Both the position numbers and the translations under genes were made by a program. Below, piece by piece: positions 37,394 through 49,585 of a stretch of DNA of 64,000 bases; within the stretch, counting starts at the first letter, position 1; every line of letters starts with the position of its first letter. The notes under the pieces were generated by a model. That model made no database searches, was not told where the DNA came from, and saw nothing but the letters and a program-made list of their open reading frames with translations. The DNA is from Hydrolagus colliei (taxonomy: Eukaryota). The DNA lies in NCBI GenBank assembly GCA_035084275.1, contig CM068761.1, positions 806,001-870,000 of the forward strand, in the 5' to 3' direction.

Positions 37394-38999
37394 CATCCGG
37401 ACAAACAATAAGCATTGTTGATTCCTTCCCCCAACAGCTTCCTCTTTAACGATCATCTCTGGCATTTTATGCTCTGAGTTGACTGTAATCGCTGACATAG
37501 GAAAATTGCTGAGGTAAACTGAAGAGGGCTGACAATCACCACCTCCCCCTCGCCTGAGAGCCCGTCACCCACTCCTCCCAAATCCTGACACTGATTGATG
37601 AAGAGGCCTGTTTTATACGAGGGGTGGAAGTGGGTGGGGGGGGTGGGGGTGGAGCGGTGGTGGGGGAGGTGTTTCCACTCCTTGCAGCCATGGTTTCCCT
37701 TCTGCTGCTTGTTCATCCAGGTCCGTGAAAGGAATTCCCATAAGAGCTAAATGTCTCTCTGTCCCTTTGTCACCGTTGACCCAACAGTCAATACAGAGCG
37801 GGTCACGGGGTGCAGCACAGAAGCTTTTGAAATGCACTGGGCCATTGACCAAAATAACTGGGAACAATCGGGCGGCTCCCAATGCCGCCTTCATTCCAGA
37901 TACTGCACGCTTTCCCAGCGTGGAATAAGCAGGGGGCACATCCAAAAAAACTGCAAAATATTTCTGAAGGATGTGCACTATTGGCTTTTTCTTCACTCCC
38001 ATCTGCAGACTAACCCTCCCCCCCCAGTCTCACCCAATGGCCTCCTGTACTTTCTGTACAGTTCTAATGACCGGTTTCCATCGGTTTGGAAACAAAAGTT
38101 TGCCTCGCGGGGGTTATTGAGCCAAGCCACCAACTTCTCCAGCTTTGAACCATGAACGTCAACACGCAGTGTGTTGGGTGTAAATAGGTAATTGTCAGCA
38201 CACTTACTGTTGTGTTGTGTAAGTGTTCGTGGGTTGAAGATCGCTCACGCCAAGTTCCTCATTGTATCGCTTTTCATTATTTAATATGCCCCCCACATCC
38301 TCTTTTACCATCTTGAGACTGCTGTTGGTCGGTGGGACCTTGATCAATATTTGCACAGCGAATTCAGTCCAGCAAACCCAGGCCAGAGTAAAGTCTGGAC
38401 AGCAGCTCAAACTCCAGGGCCACTTTTAGAGGAGAGCCAAGGTCCTCCACTTAATTTAGTCATCATCAGTTATTATGGCTTGTGAAGGTTTTTTTGAAAG
38501 GGAGAGTTCATATCACTCTCAGTTATACAATTCTTGCCTTCACTTTGGGAAAACAAAATCGCAGCCCTGCTTCCTCGCTCATTATAAGCTGCCTGTTTGA
38601 TCTATACCAGATGGTGACAGGGCTGGTAAGTATGAAGTCACCCTTATCTGAAGTTCATATTTATTTGACATTTTTGGACAGGCTCCATTAATGCAAAAAC
38701 CCACTTGTGTCTGTGTGGTTTTCTTGCCAAATAGTGTTGTCTCAGTTTCTGGAAAAGGACGTGCACCAATTCCTCTCATTTCCAGGACTATTTATTAGCT
38801 TTGCTGACATAGCATTTCTCAAGCTCACCAACATGATTGCTTGTTATGGCAATTCCCCCCTCCCCAGCCCAACCCCCACTCCCCATACCAGCCCCAAATC
38901 CTCAAGCCCCTTTCCACAGCTCTCTCTGCCCAACTCCGTTTCCCCCTGCCCCCCTCTCCCATTGGAGTTTAGCCAAGGATGGGGTAATCGGGGTGAAGA

Positions 39000-39113
39000 A
39001 CTTTCTCTTCGACCTTATGGTCACCTTCCCGCTCGGCCTCGAGCTCCGTCATTGTGAAGCGCTCTGAGTCACTACGCTGCATGTAGGGCACTGTCCAAAT
39101 GCAAGTGGTTGTA
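39000..39113 (+). mobile_element. L2 LINE 3' end fragment
   Basis: CTCTTCGACC..GGTCACC..GTGAAGCGCTCTGAG..AAATGCAAGT, like 13695-13830. Confidence 0.75.
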
Positions 39114-39782
39114 GGAGTTTGGAATCAATTCTGCGAAGGCTTCTAATCAAACCAAGTTTTTTAATAGGTCAGATAGTGAAATTGGTTCCTAATCTCATTG
39201 CCAGTCTAGGAATTGGGGGTGTTGCCCACAACAGCTCTGATTTACTCGCAAAAGGTTAAAGTCTTAGGCACCGACTCTCTCGATTAGTGCACATAATTTG
39301 CTTTGAAAATAATTGGATTCATTAAAAAATAATATTGAAGTTTCTGGAGACAATGATGCACTGGCTCCTTGTACAATCCTATATCAAAATGTTTTACTGA
39401 TAACAGCTGTGTTTTTAAGTTTTTCTGCAGTTATTTCATGGTATCTCTCGTGACTGTGTCAGTTTTATGCTTATATAAGGGATCCAGAGCTCTTTAAACA
39501 ATCTTGTACTCCAGTGTAGTTGCTGCGTGTTCAGACACAATGGCTGTGATCATATTACTGTCCGGGTTAATCCTTTGAGGTCTGCAGTAGCGCCTCTGCC
39601 TGAAAATGAAAAATATCCTCTATATAATCTCATTATATCTCACCAGTGGCAGCGAGTTACAGCAGTCTTTTCACTAGTGTGAAAGACCTGTAACTCATGA
39701 ATGCTGTGGGGGTAAGAGTTATAGTGGTATTTTGCACTTGTGAAGGAATGGCTGGAGATGGCTATCACTGGTGAGCTATTCT

Positions 39783-39817
39783 GTTCTGACGAAGGGTTGT
39801 AGACCCGAAATGTTGAC
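39783..39817 (+). ncRNA. Minimal hammerhead ribozyme motif (putative)
   Basis: Core CUGAnGA (39786-92) and GAAA (39807-10), stem II GGGU/ACCC, stem I GUU/GAC; helix III absent, as in Penelope-type hammerheads. Confidence 0.6.
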
Positions 39818-39918
39818 TCTTTTTCCTCTCTCCATGGATGCTGCCTGACCTGCTGAGTTTCCCCAGCAACTTCTGTTTTTGTTTCAGATTCCCAGCATCT
39901 GCAGTATTTTGTGTTTTG
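39783..39918 (+). mobile_element. Penelope-like terminal-repeat fragment carrying a minimal type I hammerhead motif
   Basis: GTT-CTGACGA-A-GGGT-TGTAG-ACCC-GAAA-TGTT-GAC, then CTCTCCATGGATGCTGCCTGACCTGCTGAG..CCAGCATCTGCAGTATTTTG; homologs at 7697, 16910 and 20838. Confidence 0.75.
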
Positions 39919-40357
39919 AGCTATTCTGTTTGTTCACTGGCTTGAGGTTTCAGATGATTTGTTTTCCACCCTTAGATGAATCCTGTGTCTGGAAGCTGAT
40001 ATTTTATGTACTATTTTTCACATTTATAATATTGATCCAGTGCAAAGAAAGGCTGCACATCATTTTCTTCTTACAACTTTGCTTAAAAGACCATTAAGCA
40101 ACGCGGGCTGGCGGTATGCGTTTCCTCCAGTTCCATATCTTATTCAGCTCTCACAAAATCTCGGGGAGTCTTTTTGAAGTTGTTATGAAGAAATTCATAT
40201 GCTTTGAAATAGCAAAGGGCATTTGAAATTGGAGGCATTATTAATAATAAACATCACAGGTAATTGATTTGCAGTTCGAGTGAACCCTATCTGTTGGCAA
40301 AACCCACCGACAATGTCCGCCCAGCAGGTCCCACAATCATCCATGAAATGAGTGACC

Positions 40358-40416
40358 ACAATAACAACAACAAAATTACATTTCCAGACCTCGGGAGGAC
40401 ATCCCGTCCCAAGGCA
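40358..40416 (-). mobile_element. L2 3' tail fragment
   Basis: (AAC)n AAATTACATTT..TCGGGAGGACATCCCGTCCCAAGGC. Confidence 0.7.
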
Positions 40417-41640
40417 CTGATTAGTTTACCTGGAGGAGTGTTGGTTAGGACAGTGGGAGTGAGAAACTCTTTCTTCTCTTTCCTCAAATAATTACCAAGA
40501 GATGAACACTTTGTAGGAAAATTCACTCTCTAAGATGGAATGCTTAATATCTGTGACATGTATTTAAAAAATGCCTATTGCAACCTGCTGTAATAAAAAT
40601 TTAATACGTAAAGCTAAATATTTTTTATTCCATTAGATAGGCAGTGTTGTGTTTAGCCCATATCCTATCCCCATTTTCGTATCAGTTTACACATAGCCAG
40701 TACCCATGCTCTGAATACTCCAGGAAATCTACTTTAGCTAATTTATATAATTTCTTCATAAATACAGTGTTCCTGGCCATTATAGATAATGTCTCTGTGT
40801 AATGCTGCTGTGAGGGACTGCGCTGGACACAACACTTGCTCTTCTGACTGTATGCATTGAGCTGCATGCTAATTGGTTAATGTGGAGCAAAGGTATGTTA
40901 TTGCTGTGTTTAATGGGATGGCTGATGAATTTCCGACCTGGCTAATAAACTTTGTGATGGGTTAATTTGCGACCAGTAATGAGAATCAGAATCCAGCCCC
41001 CGCAGCTATGCGCGATATCCTCGGTGTGTATCCCACCGGCCATCAGCTTCTCAACATGGCAGGATAGCACTGAATACAATCGTGTTCAGTATAGAGATTG
41101 TTACCGTAATTGCATCACTTCAAAATTACATTGTACAAATTTGTCGTTTATCTCTGATTAAGTCCGGCTACAGTTGTGAAATCTGAGATCTAACCGACTG
41201 GTTCATAGCACTTTAGGTGCTTTGAGCTTTCAAAACCCACCCAGTGTTTTTAACGTAATGCATTCAAACTTCAAACCTCTGGCTTAGGTCTAATGGGGGA
41301 AATGTAAGGACTCAGAAAGCATTTTAAAATCCATTTTTTTTGAGAGTCAATTGAAAATACTGCTCTCGGTTTCATGCTGTATGTAGAATTACTGCAGTTT
41401 CTTTGCTGAGCGTTAAAGATGCTGCCAGGAATCTCTTAATAACATATTGAGTAACTGTACTGTTTAATACAGAACATGAAGCAGTAGTTACCGTCCTTGG
41501 TATGTGCTGACTTAGTTGATCTGAGCCAGCAATGGACTTCAGTGAGCCAAGAGAGGGGAAGGCATGGCCAGGCTTCTCAAAGTTTATTAAAGCCTTTTTG
41601 AAAGTGAATGTGTGAATGTACAACTCAGTTGGACTATATT

Positions 41641-41982
41641 ATCCTTGCATTTTGATATAACGCTTACAGGCGTTATATAACTTATAGACATTGATAAAAT
41701 ATCTTATAGTCGTCTCAAAGCACTTCACAGAATATGCTGCAAAGTGAATTGACTGCGTTTCTGTGGGCGAAACACGGCAGCCAATTGCGCACAGCAGCGT
41801 CTCCACAAACAGCCGTGGATTGAAATGACCCAAGTTTATTATTGCTTTTTTTTGAGAGATTACTGTTATCAGGCGTGTGAAGTGAAGCAAGGAACCTTGC
41901 CCACAGTCTCACCCTGCTGGGAATCGAACCCAGGTTTCCTGCTTGCGAGGCGAGTGCTCTAACCACTGAGCTACAGGACTCC
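41641..41982 (-). mobile_element. Full-length tRNA-headed SINE
   Basis: Minus strand head GTCCTGTAGCTCAGTGGTTAGAGCACTCGCCTCGCAAGC..GGGTTCGATTCCC (A and B boxes, tRNA-Ala-like arm), body, and a tail with an aberrant segment at ~41665-41710. Confidence 0.95.
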
Positions 41983-44824
41983 GGGTGGCTTCGTGGGTGG
42001 CTCGCTAAACCTCAGTGTATTCCACATGTTGCTTTGCTTTGTGTAAAATCAAGGTTCTGCCGACTCCCCCGTTGACTTGACCTGAGTTGTAATTCTGTCC
42101 CGCAGTGTTTGGAACCTTGGCCATATTGAACAATTCAGATCTGCAATCTAACAACCTTGAACAGACTGAACAATCTTAAAAGATATCGATAGCTTACCTG
42201 GAATGGAATCAGATTTTTTGTTTGTTTGTGTGTGTGTGTGTCTGTGTGTGTGAGCGATCACAAACGCCTGTCATTTCATTGGTTGTGGAATGCTGATAGA
42301 ATGTGTTCGCTGGGAAATGTTTGAGGGAAGTACGGCACGTTGCACGGTTTGGGTTGAAGTAGCTGATGAGAAATGACCTTTTCAGTATGACTGCGGATTT
42401 GAGAAGATCTTATAATTTGATTGCCAGGAGAGCATTTCTCACAGTATTATTGAAAACTCAATAAATTTGGTCTCTGTGGCTCCTGCCCACAATCCCCTCG
42501 AGCTTGAGACGGCGATGATGGCAGTGTGAGACCTTATTTTAGCAGACTTTCTTAATTGGTATGTGGTCTACATCCCAAATTGAATATCCAGAGCACAAGT
42601 GAAGGTTAACATCTTAGCACATGTTCTGAACGATTGGGAAATGAGTGGAGCACAGCTACTTTTCGCTCTGTTCCAGTAAGGTATAGTGTTACAGTGCAAA
42701 TCGGGTTTGTTCCCTTTAGCGTTAAAGTGATGGGAGAGCTTTCAAGGAGGAGGTTCAATGTGTTTGTTGTGAAATGGGAACTGGAAATAAAATGAACAGA
42801 TTCAAACACTTGAAGGAAGATTGTTGGTGAAGTTAGGTAAACGCTTTTCCTGTGCGATGCATTCCTTTCAAATCCCTTCTCTTTTCAAATTAGTCTAATT
42901 ACATCGGTGGCCTAGTTACACGGTCCGGTCGCTCAACACAACCCAGTTGCGTTCAGATGAGAACGCTGACGTCAATGCCAATCTTTGCCAAACCCAACAA
43001 CGAAGTTACGGAAACTGAGTGATGTGGCTTGAGAAAAGGATAACTCAATCTGTTACAAATAGCATGTTCAGAAGCATCGGTGCCTCGACATATAGGTACC
43101 CCAGCTCAAACCCCCCCGTGGCTAAAATATATCTCATAAAACACTTTGGAAGACACTTTGCATATAACAGTGACTCCATGTTCCCATTTCACTTTCCCTT
43201 CAAGTGGAACAAAGTTATCTGCCACAAGTCTCTATCATTCTTGTGATTTGTAACATTAAACACACAGCTCCGGAGTTTGACTGCTGTGTGAATCAATTCC
43301 TGTATGTTGTAAATGCATTTTGTTTCTCTGCATAAATATTTTAGAAAGGTTTCGGCTCTTCCTTCAGCTGAGCGAGGGTTTGGAGTAAATTTAGTATTTA
43401 ACAGCTTCCTGTCAGCATCTGTAGCTCAAAGCCATCAGATGTAAAATCATTAGCAGTTTACGCGCATAATACATTCTGACATTTTTCGTTTCATGCAAGA
43501 CTATGTGTGCATAATGGTGTGTGAGAATTCTGCCTCCTCTTTGTAAGTGTTGAAGGACGTCACTTTTGTCTGTCGTTGTTCCCATGTTTGCTCATTCGCC
43601 TTTGGAAAGAAAGGCAGGATGATGTGTGTTCCTCCTCAGCTTTTCATGCCTTGTCCAGTCTGGGTTAAATATTAGAAGGTACAGTACACCTTTGTGAGGT
43701 TGTAATAATATTAATAAAATGATGACATTTTTGCGTCTCAGAATGAACGACCTGCTTCTGTAGATGATCATTTCAGAGAGTTAAGATCGAGGCTCGGCCT
43801 TGAAAAGCAAAGCAGATTGAAGGCGATGGAAAGGGCAAGGAGATGTTGGCGAAGGCCGTCATACAAGGAGAAGTGAGCTCAGCTGAGACTTTTGCAAATA
43901 GAACGGTGAAAATGTAAATCCACTGCTAAACATCCCAACCGCAATTGGGTTGGCAAACCTGGCGCAGCTTCTTCTTTGTTTGGTGCAAGAGGAGTGGAGG
44001 CTGGTACGATGGCAAGTTAGATAGTGGCCTCCAATATAGAGAGACATTACATCACTACCTCAGCGGGCATTTAAACTTCCCTAGTTACCCAAATGTCAAA
44101 GCTGAACAGTCTCGGGTATAAACCCTTAACTGTCCCAACGCCTCGGGACGTGAAAGACGCTGTATAAATGTCATTGGTTGGAGTTGTTGACTGGTTTATG
44201 CGTTTTTACTGGAAGTTATGGGTTCACATTAGTCTAAAGGTCCTCATGAAAGAAAGAAATTAGGAACCAAGTGATCACAAGACATGTACCAGAGGGCTGT
44301 TTTACAAACCTTCCAGACTTTACACTAATGCTTTGTTTCTATATTGCAACTTTTATAAAGAGTGCAGTGTGCTGCAGAGCTAGCCTCCCAACATCATCAA
44401 AAGAGCCTGAAGTTCATTCACTTGAAGCTGTTCAGTTGGCAGCGTTCATGTGATCAGGGCATCTCTAAATAACATTTGAGAAAGTTAGGTTCCTGAAACT
44501 TGAGGGAAGTTTACAAAAGTAAATGTCTATCCCGGGCCAAAGTTGTCATTTCTGACACATTAATCCCCTTTTTTTTTCCAAAACACAGATTTGTTCCATA
44601 TAATAGAATTCACAAAAGACAAGTTAGCATTCATATGTAATGCCTTTCACATCAGGATGTCTTGAGGTTGCTTTATGTGTGTCTGTATTTCTTCTCTTGT
44701 TTGACTGTAATGTAACCGAACAAAGGATTAAAAACTCCCAAGTCACTGAATTAAAGTGACAGTCCCAAGGTGTGAGTGATTTGCTGTGGGTACTAAACAG
44801 CCAAACGTGAGAGCTGTAAAGCTT

Positions 44825-45144
44825 CCTGTAGCTCAGTGGTTAGAGCACTCGCCTTACAAGTGTAAGAGCTGTGTTCGAATCCAGGCAGGTCAGGGCAAAA
44901 CCTTGGGCAAGTTTCCTTATTCCACACACATGCCTAATAATAATCCCTCCAAAAAAACACAATAATAAAATTGGTCATTTCAATCCACGGCTATTTGTGG
45001 GGACACTACTGTGCACAATTGGCTGCCGCGTTTCATCCACAAATATACAGTCAATTCACTTTGCAGTATATTCCGTGAAGCGCTTTGAGAGACGTCGATA
45101 AGACGTGAAAAGCGCTATATCAAATGCGAGGATTATTATTATTA
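44825..45144 (+). mobile_element. Full-length tRNA-headed SINE with L2-type tail (reference copy)
   Basis: TAGCTCAGTGG A box, GTTCGAATCC B box, core GCACAATTGGCTGCCGCGTTTC, tail GTGAAGCGCTTTGAGA..GTGAAAAGCGCTATATCAAATGC(G/A)AGG(ATT)n. Confidence 0.95.
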
Positions 45145-45903
45145 TAAATGAATTTGATTGCTTTGGGCTGAGTGACGGGAATGTTATTTGGGATTATTTG
45201 ACTGTAGTGACTGTTCTCTGGAGTTTGTGTGTGAGTGTGTGTGAGTGTGTGTGTGTATGGACCTGCACTGGGGGAGGATCAAACTTCACATGCCCTATGT
45301 GCTAATGAACATCATATGGTCTTCTCTGTAACACTACAGATTAGCTGTGGGTTGGCAGATACAGATGTTCAACTAAAGAGTTTCTCTGATGTAGGATTTC
45401 TGTATATCTATAGTTACTGCTATCATTAGTGAAAAATCTTTTAATACTTTAGATGTGAAGTTCAATAGATCTATCCATTATTACCTGGATTATCTGAACA
45501 CAAGTACTAATGTTGGTTTGGAAGTATAGTCAGACTAATTAATTTCACCAGTCCTCTGGATTTCATTTGCTCACACCTCGATAGAGGAACCAGCTGAATT
45601 ACCTTGTGCAGCAACAACAACAACAACAAAATTACATTTATACACCTATTATACATTTATACACCAGCCTTGTGCACTGAACACGAGGCTGGCCGATTTC
45701 AGTGCAAATTCATACCAGATCCACCATCTGTTCTGTGGCATAAACACTACCACATCCCAAACTGTCCAAACCCACCTCAGTCTGTGTCTGAGACCGACCC
45801 GGCTCGGGAAGAATCTCCGCCTGAGTATCTGCTTGCTGCCCTTCAGTGTTTATGGGTAACGCAGGTACTGAGTGAATTTCTGTTGAGATTTCCCCTTCTC
45901 AGT

Positions 45904-46195
45904 TCATAGAATCATAGAATCTTACGGCACAAATGGAGGCCATTCGGCCCATCGAGTCAGTGCCAGCTCTTTAAAAAGAGCAATTCAATCCCACTCCCCA
46001 GCTCTCTCTCTCCCCATAACCTCACGAACCCGTCCTCCCAAAATAAATGTCTACCTCTTTTTTAAAAGTTGTTATCGAATCGGCCTCCACCGCAATGCAT
46101 TCCAGGCAATGAATTCCAGATTCCTACAACTCGCTGAGTGAAAAAGATTATCCTCCACTCTGCTTCTTTTTGAAACTATTTTAAGTCCGTGACCA
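45904..46195 (-). mobile_element. CR1 3' end fragment
   Basis: Reverse-complement homolog of ~11460-11766, including the (CATAGAAT)n tail. Confidence 0.92.
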
Positions 46196-46878
46196 AGTTA
46201 TAGACTTGTTTTATTCCGACTGACTCTACTAAACCTGTGGCCTTTTGACTCTGCGTATGGTTCAGCTGTGTGCTTGGCACTGACTTGTCCAATGAGCCCA
46301 CATCAGCAGCAAAGCCAAACTCCATTGAACCCTCTATATAATTGGTCTGTGCAATCTACACAGTTGAAGGATGTGATACTGGTCAAAGGAAGTTTCAGCT
46401 CAGGTAGGAAAAAGGAACGGAATGAGTCGGTCGGATTTGCCCGCTCTTTACTGAAATAGTAACTAAATAACTCATATTTCCACTTGAGATAGTGGCTTAT
46501 CACGTTGAAACATCTCAAAGAAGGTAAATGAGAGTTTCCTGTAAGGTGTAGTAAGTAGTTACTGCGGAGGCAAATGCAGTTAAAATCTCAACTGAATAAA
46601 GGCAACTCGAATATTGGAAGCTTTGAATACGTGCCCTGATTTATTCTGAATAAAATAACAAAGATTTAGGAAGGTAGTAGTCAGGGTCACTTTGCTGGAG
46701 GCTCTGAGCTTGAAGTGAAGATTCACTTCAATGTGGTTTCTTGGCATGTCTGGTGATGGGGAGAAGCGCAGTTAACGTCAGGTATGGGCCTGTTTTATGG
46801 CGAACTTTCACACAGAAGAAAATAGCTGAAAATTGGAGGGTGGACAAAAAAATCTTGATGCATTTCTGACTTCCTTCG

Positions 46879-46905
46879 ACACACACCCACTCTCTCACTC
46901 ACTCA

Positions 46906-46939
<34 letters not shown>
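46879..46939. repeat. (CA)n / (CACT)n microsatellite
   Basis: Visible run. Confidence 0.9.
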
Positions 46940-46941
<2 letters not shown>

Positions 46942-47556
46942 GATGCCCCACGTTCCTGAAATGAGTCAGGCTGGGCATGCTACATGTGCAGTACCATTCA
47001 CCAGGCCTTCTGTACAAATGTTGTGGTAAACCATCTGGTTTGAGCCGTGTTGGTGAGGAACCACTGTCCCAATTCTCTCCAGGCCTTTGGTGAAGCTCCT
47101 CGGGCACCTTCTGAGCCGGTCCAGACATCTTGATGCTTGTCATACAGTGAAAGAAGCATCTCTTTTCAGTGAAGTGTTAATTGGTGTAAATATTTGTTTA
47201 GACGTTGCAAGCAGGACAGCAAGACGATAAATCAAACAAGTAGTTTGCTTACAAATCCGTCAAGCCTCATTTGCATGGGGAGTTGAGAAGCAAAGGGTTG
47301 TGATTTTTCAGGATGGAGCTGTTGGTTGACTTACAATGTTGTTTTCACTGATCCTGCTCAAGTTCAACTTGCTAAAGTTCAACATAAGCAATTTTGAAAA
47401 ATTGCTGCAAATAGATTTGTAATCTGATCAAGTATTTTTTTCTCTTACTTTTTAGACCTAGACACACCCAAGAAAAATATATCTCATTTTGACATTCCAA
47501 TTCATGCATCGAATGCATTGAAAACTCAAAAGTATCTTTGATGATGATAATAGGTC

Positions 47557-47768
47557 ATCATAGAATAATAGAATTTTACAGCACAAAAGGAGGCCATGCG
47601 GCCCATCTAGTCTGTGCCGGCTCTTTGAAAAGAGCAACTCAATCCCACTGCCCAGCTCTCTTCCCATAATCTAACAGACCTGTCCTCCCTAAATAAAGAT
47701 CTAATTCTCTTTCAAAAGCTGTTATAGAATCGGCCTCCACCACCTTTTCATGGCAATGCATTCCAGAT
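47557..47768 (-). mobile_element. CR1 3' end fragment
   Basis: Reverse-complement homolog of ~11540-11750. Confidence 0.92.
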
Positions 47769-48794
47769 GTGACAGTGTTTCCTCAGACAGCAGCCCCCCC
47801 ACCCACCCCCCCACCCCAGGAAGATTAAAATGATTCTCAATCCTCTTGACGATCTGATTTTGCAGTTAGCATTAGAACCACAGCAAGCTCTGCCCCTTTA
47901 ATGTAAATTAGAGAATAGGTGAGAAGGCTCACTCGCTTGATGTGACACCACCCCAAAGGCTGCCTTATTAGTGAGGCCCTGAATGGGGAGGTGGGGTAAA
48001 ATGTGCTGATCTCCACGGAATTCTGCCTTTCCATCCAGAGGAAGGGCTCGGCCTCCAGTCAGCACCTCACTTGATCAGGAATTTCCTGCGTGAGTAATGG
48101 TGAGTGCCATTTCATATTGTCATCAAACTGTCCATTCAGCTTCTCACAGTGACTGACAATGCAGTCTACTGTGTGTATGTCAAGGCAAGTAATTAAGGTG
48201 CGTTCTGTAATATTCAACCCTGGATTCCCTTCCCTCGCCAACTTTAATGAGTAGTTTAAACAAAGCAGCGTTGGAAGTGATGGCCGCCAGCCTTGGAGGC
48301 AAAGGAAAAAATATCACAGAGGCAGTACCTTGAACTTTGTGAGCTGCCCCTTAGTTTGAAACTTTGTAGGAAAGTTCTGTTGATTCTTTGCACCAAAAAA
48401 GTAGGTTGATTTCTAATGGAATGTCTCACTAATTACTGAGCGCACATGGTCATTATGTTCTGGTGACCAGAAGTCCCATCACATGAATCTGTAAACAATC
48501 TTCTCTGAGTTAGCCGAATTCCAGTGTGAAACCCTGTGTGATGTGATTCCAGTGGATGTCGCCATTTGTTCCTTGAAGTATTTTCTGGAGGAATGCTGTT
48601 AGCTTCACTGCGTCCCCCTCAGCTCTGGCTCGGCTGCCTTGGGAGCAGTTGGAGATACACATGAGGACACAAGGTTGCAGAGATATAACTGTGACCCTTC
48701 GTTCATTATACAAAGCTGCTGTGCCAGGGTAACGATTTGACTCAGATCACATTGCGGAGATGTGTCTGGTCCTGTATGGGAGCGGAACAAGTTA

Positions 48795-48975
48795 TTTCGC
48801 TCTTCCCTCTTCCTGGACATCCACATGTGGACTTGTAAGCTGGTGGGGGTTACTGGCTGATGGTCAGAGCAGAATCCCTAGTTTCCTCCCCTCTCTGCTC
48901 TGGGTCTATATTGACCTGGTGTAGCCTCCTGTGCTGCTGGGTTGAGAATTGTTTTAACTCGACCTGAATCCCAGC
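48795..48975 (-). mobile_element. LF-SINE-like relic
   Basis: GACATCCACA..GGGGTTACTGGCTGATGGTCAGAGCAGAATCCCT..TGTAGCCTCCT..GGTTGAGA..TAACTC follows the recalled LF-SINE order. Confidence 0.5.
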
Positions 48976-49276
48976 AGGTGCAGATGTCCTGTTGAGTAGC
49001 GTTGCTGAGGTCTGCACTGAGTCCGTACACAGACACCTGGAACAGAGTTTACAACTGGTACTGTTGCCAAACCAGAGCTATGTTGGCGCGTTTAGCTTTG
49101 TCTGAAGTCAGTTGGATTGCGCAGAACTTCATGTCATCTCTCCCCCTCTCCTTCATAAGTCAGGCGATGACAGAGGGCTGGAGATGGTACAAATAGCCAA
49201 CGGCACCAAGCCATTGATCAAGCCTTGGCTCCTGTCACCCAGGTAAACACATCAGCTTTACTGAGGGGAGTGAGAA

Positions 49277-49338
49277 GGCCTTGGGATGTCCTCTCGACGT
49301 GAGAGACGCGAGGCAAATGTTGTTACAGTTGTTGTTGC
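49277..49338 (+). mobile_element. L2 3' tail fragment
   Basis: GCCTTGGGATGTCCTCTCGACGTGAGAGACGC..AAATGT..(GTT)n. Confidence 0.7.
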
Positions 49339-49403
49339 TGAGAAGCAAAAAGAACAAAGGCCTATTAAACACTACAGCAGCACCTCTTAAAAATCACCTC
49401 GTT

Positions 49404-49585
49404 ATGATAATGATAATAATAATCCTCGCAGTTGATACAGCATCTTATCAAGTTTTCAAGACGTTTTCAAAGCACTTCACAGGATCTATTTTAATCGACT
49501 GTATATTCTGTGCGCGCAAAAGCGGCAGCCAATTGCGCACAGCAGTGTCTTACAAACAGCCATGAATTCAGTAACCAAACTATTA
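49404..49585 (-). mobile_element. tRNA-SINE 3' half
   Basis: (AAT)n tail and GCGGCAGCCAATTGCGCACAGCAG core. Confidence 0.88.

Noticed and set aside
41915-41982. tRNA-like sequence (also at 15110-15181, 44825-44890 and 52059-52110)
   Set aside because: No acceptor-stem pairing, the anticodon varies between copies, and each continues into the SINE body: these are SINE heads, not tRNA genes.
43742-43872. Possible exon (CTCAG| ... |GTGAG) with open frame NERPASVDDHFRELRSRLGLEK..
   Set aside because: Peptide not recognised and splice signals only moderate; unsupported without RNA-seq or tBLASTx.
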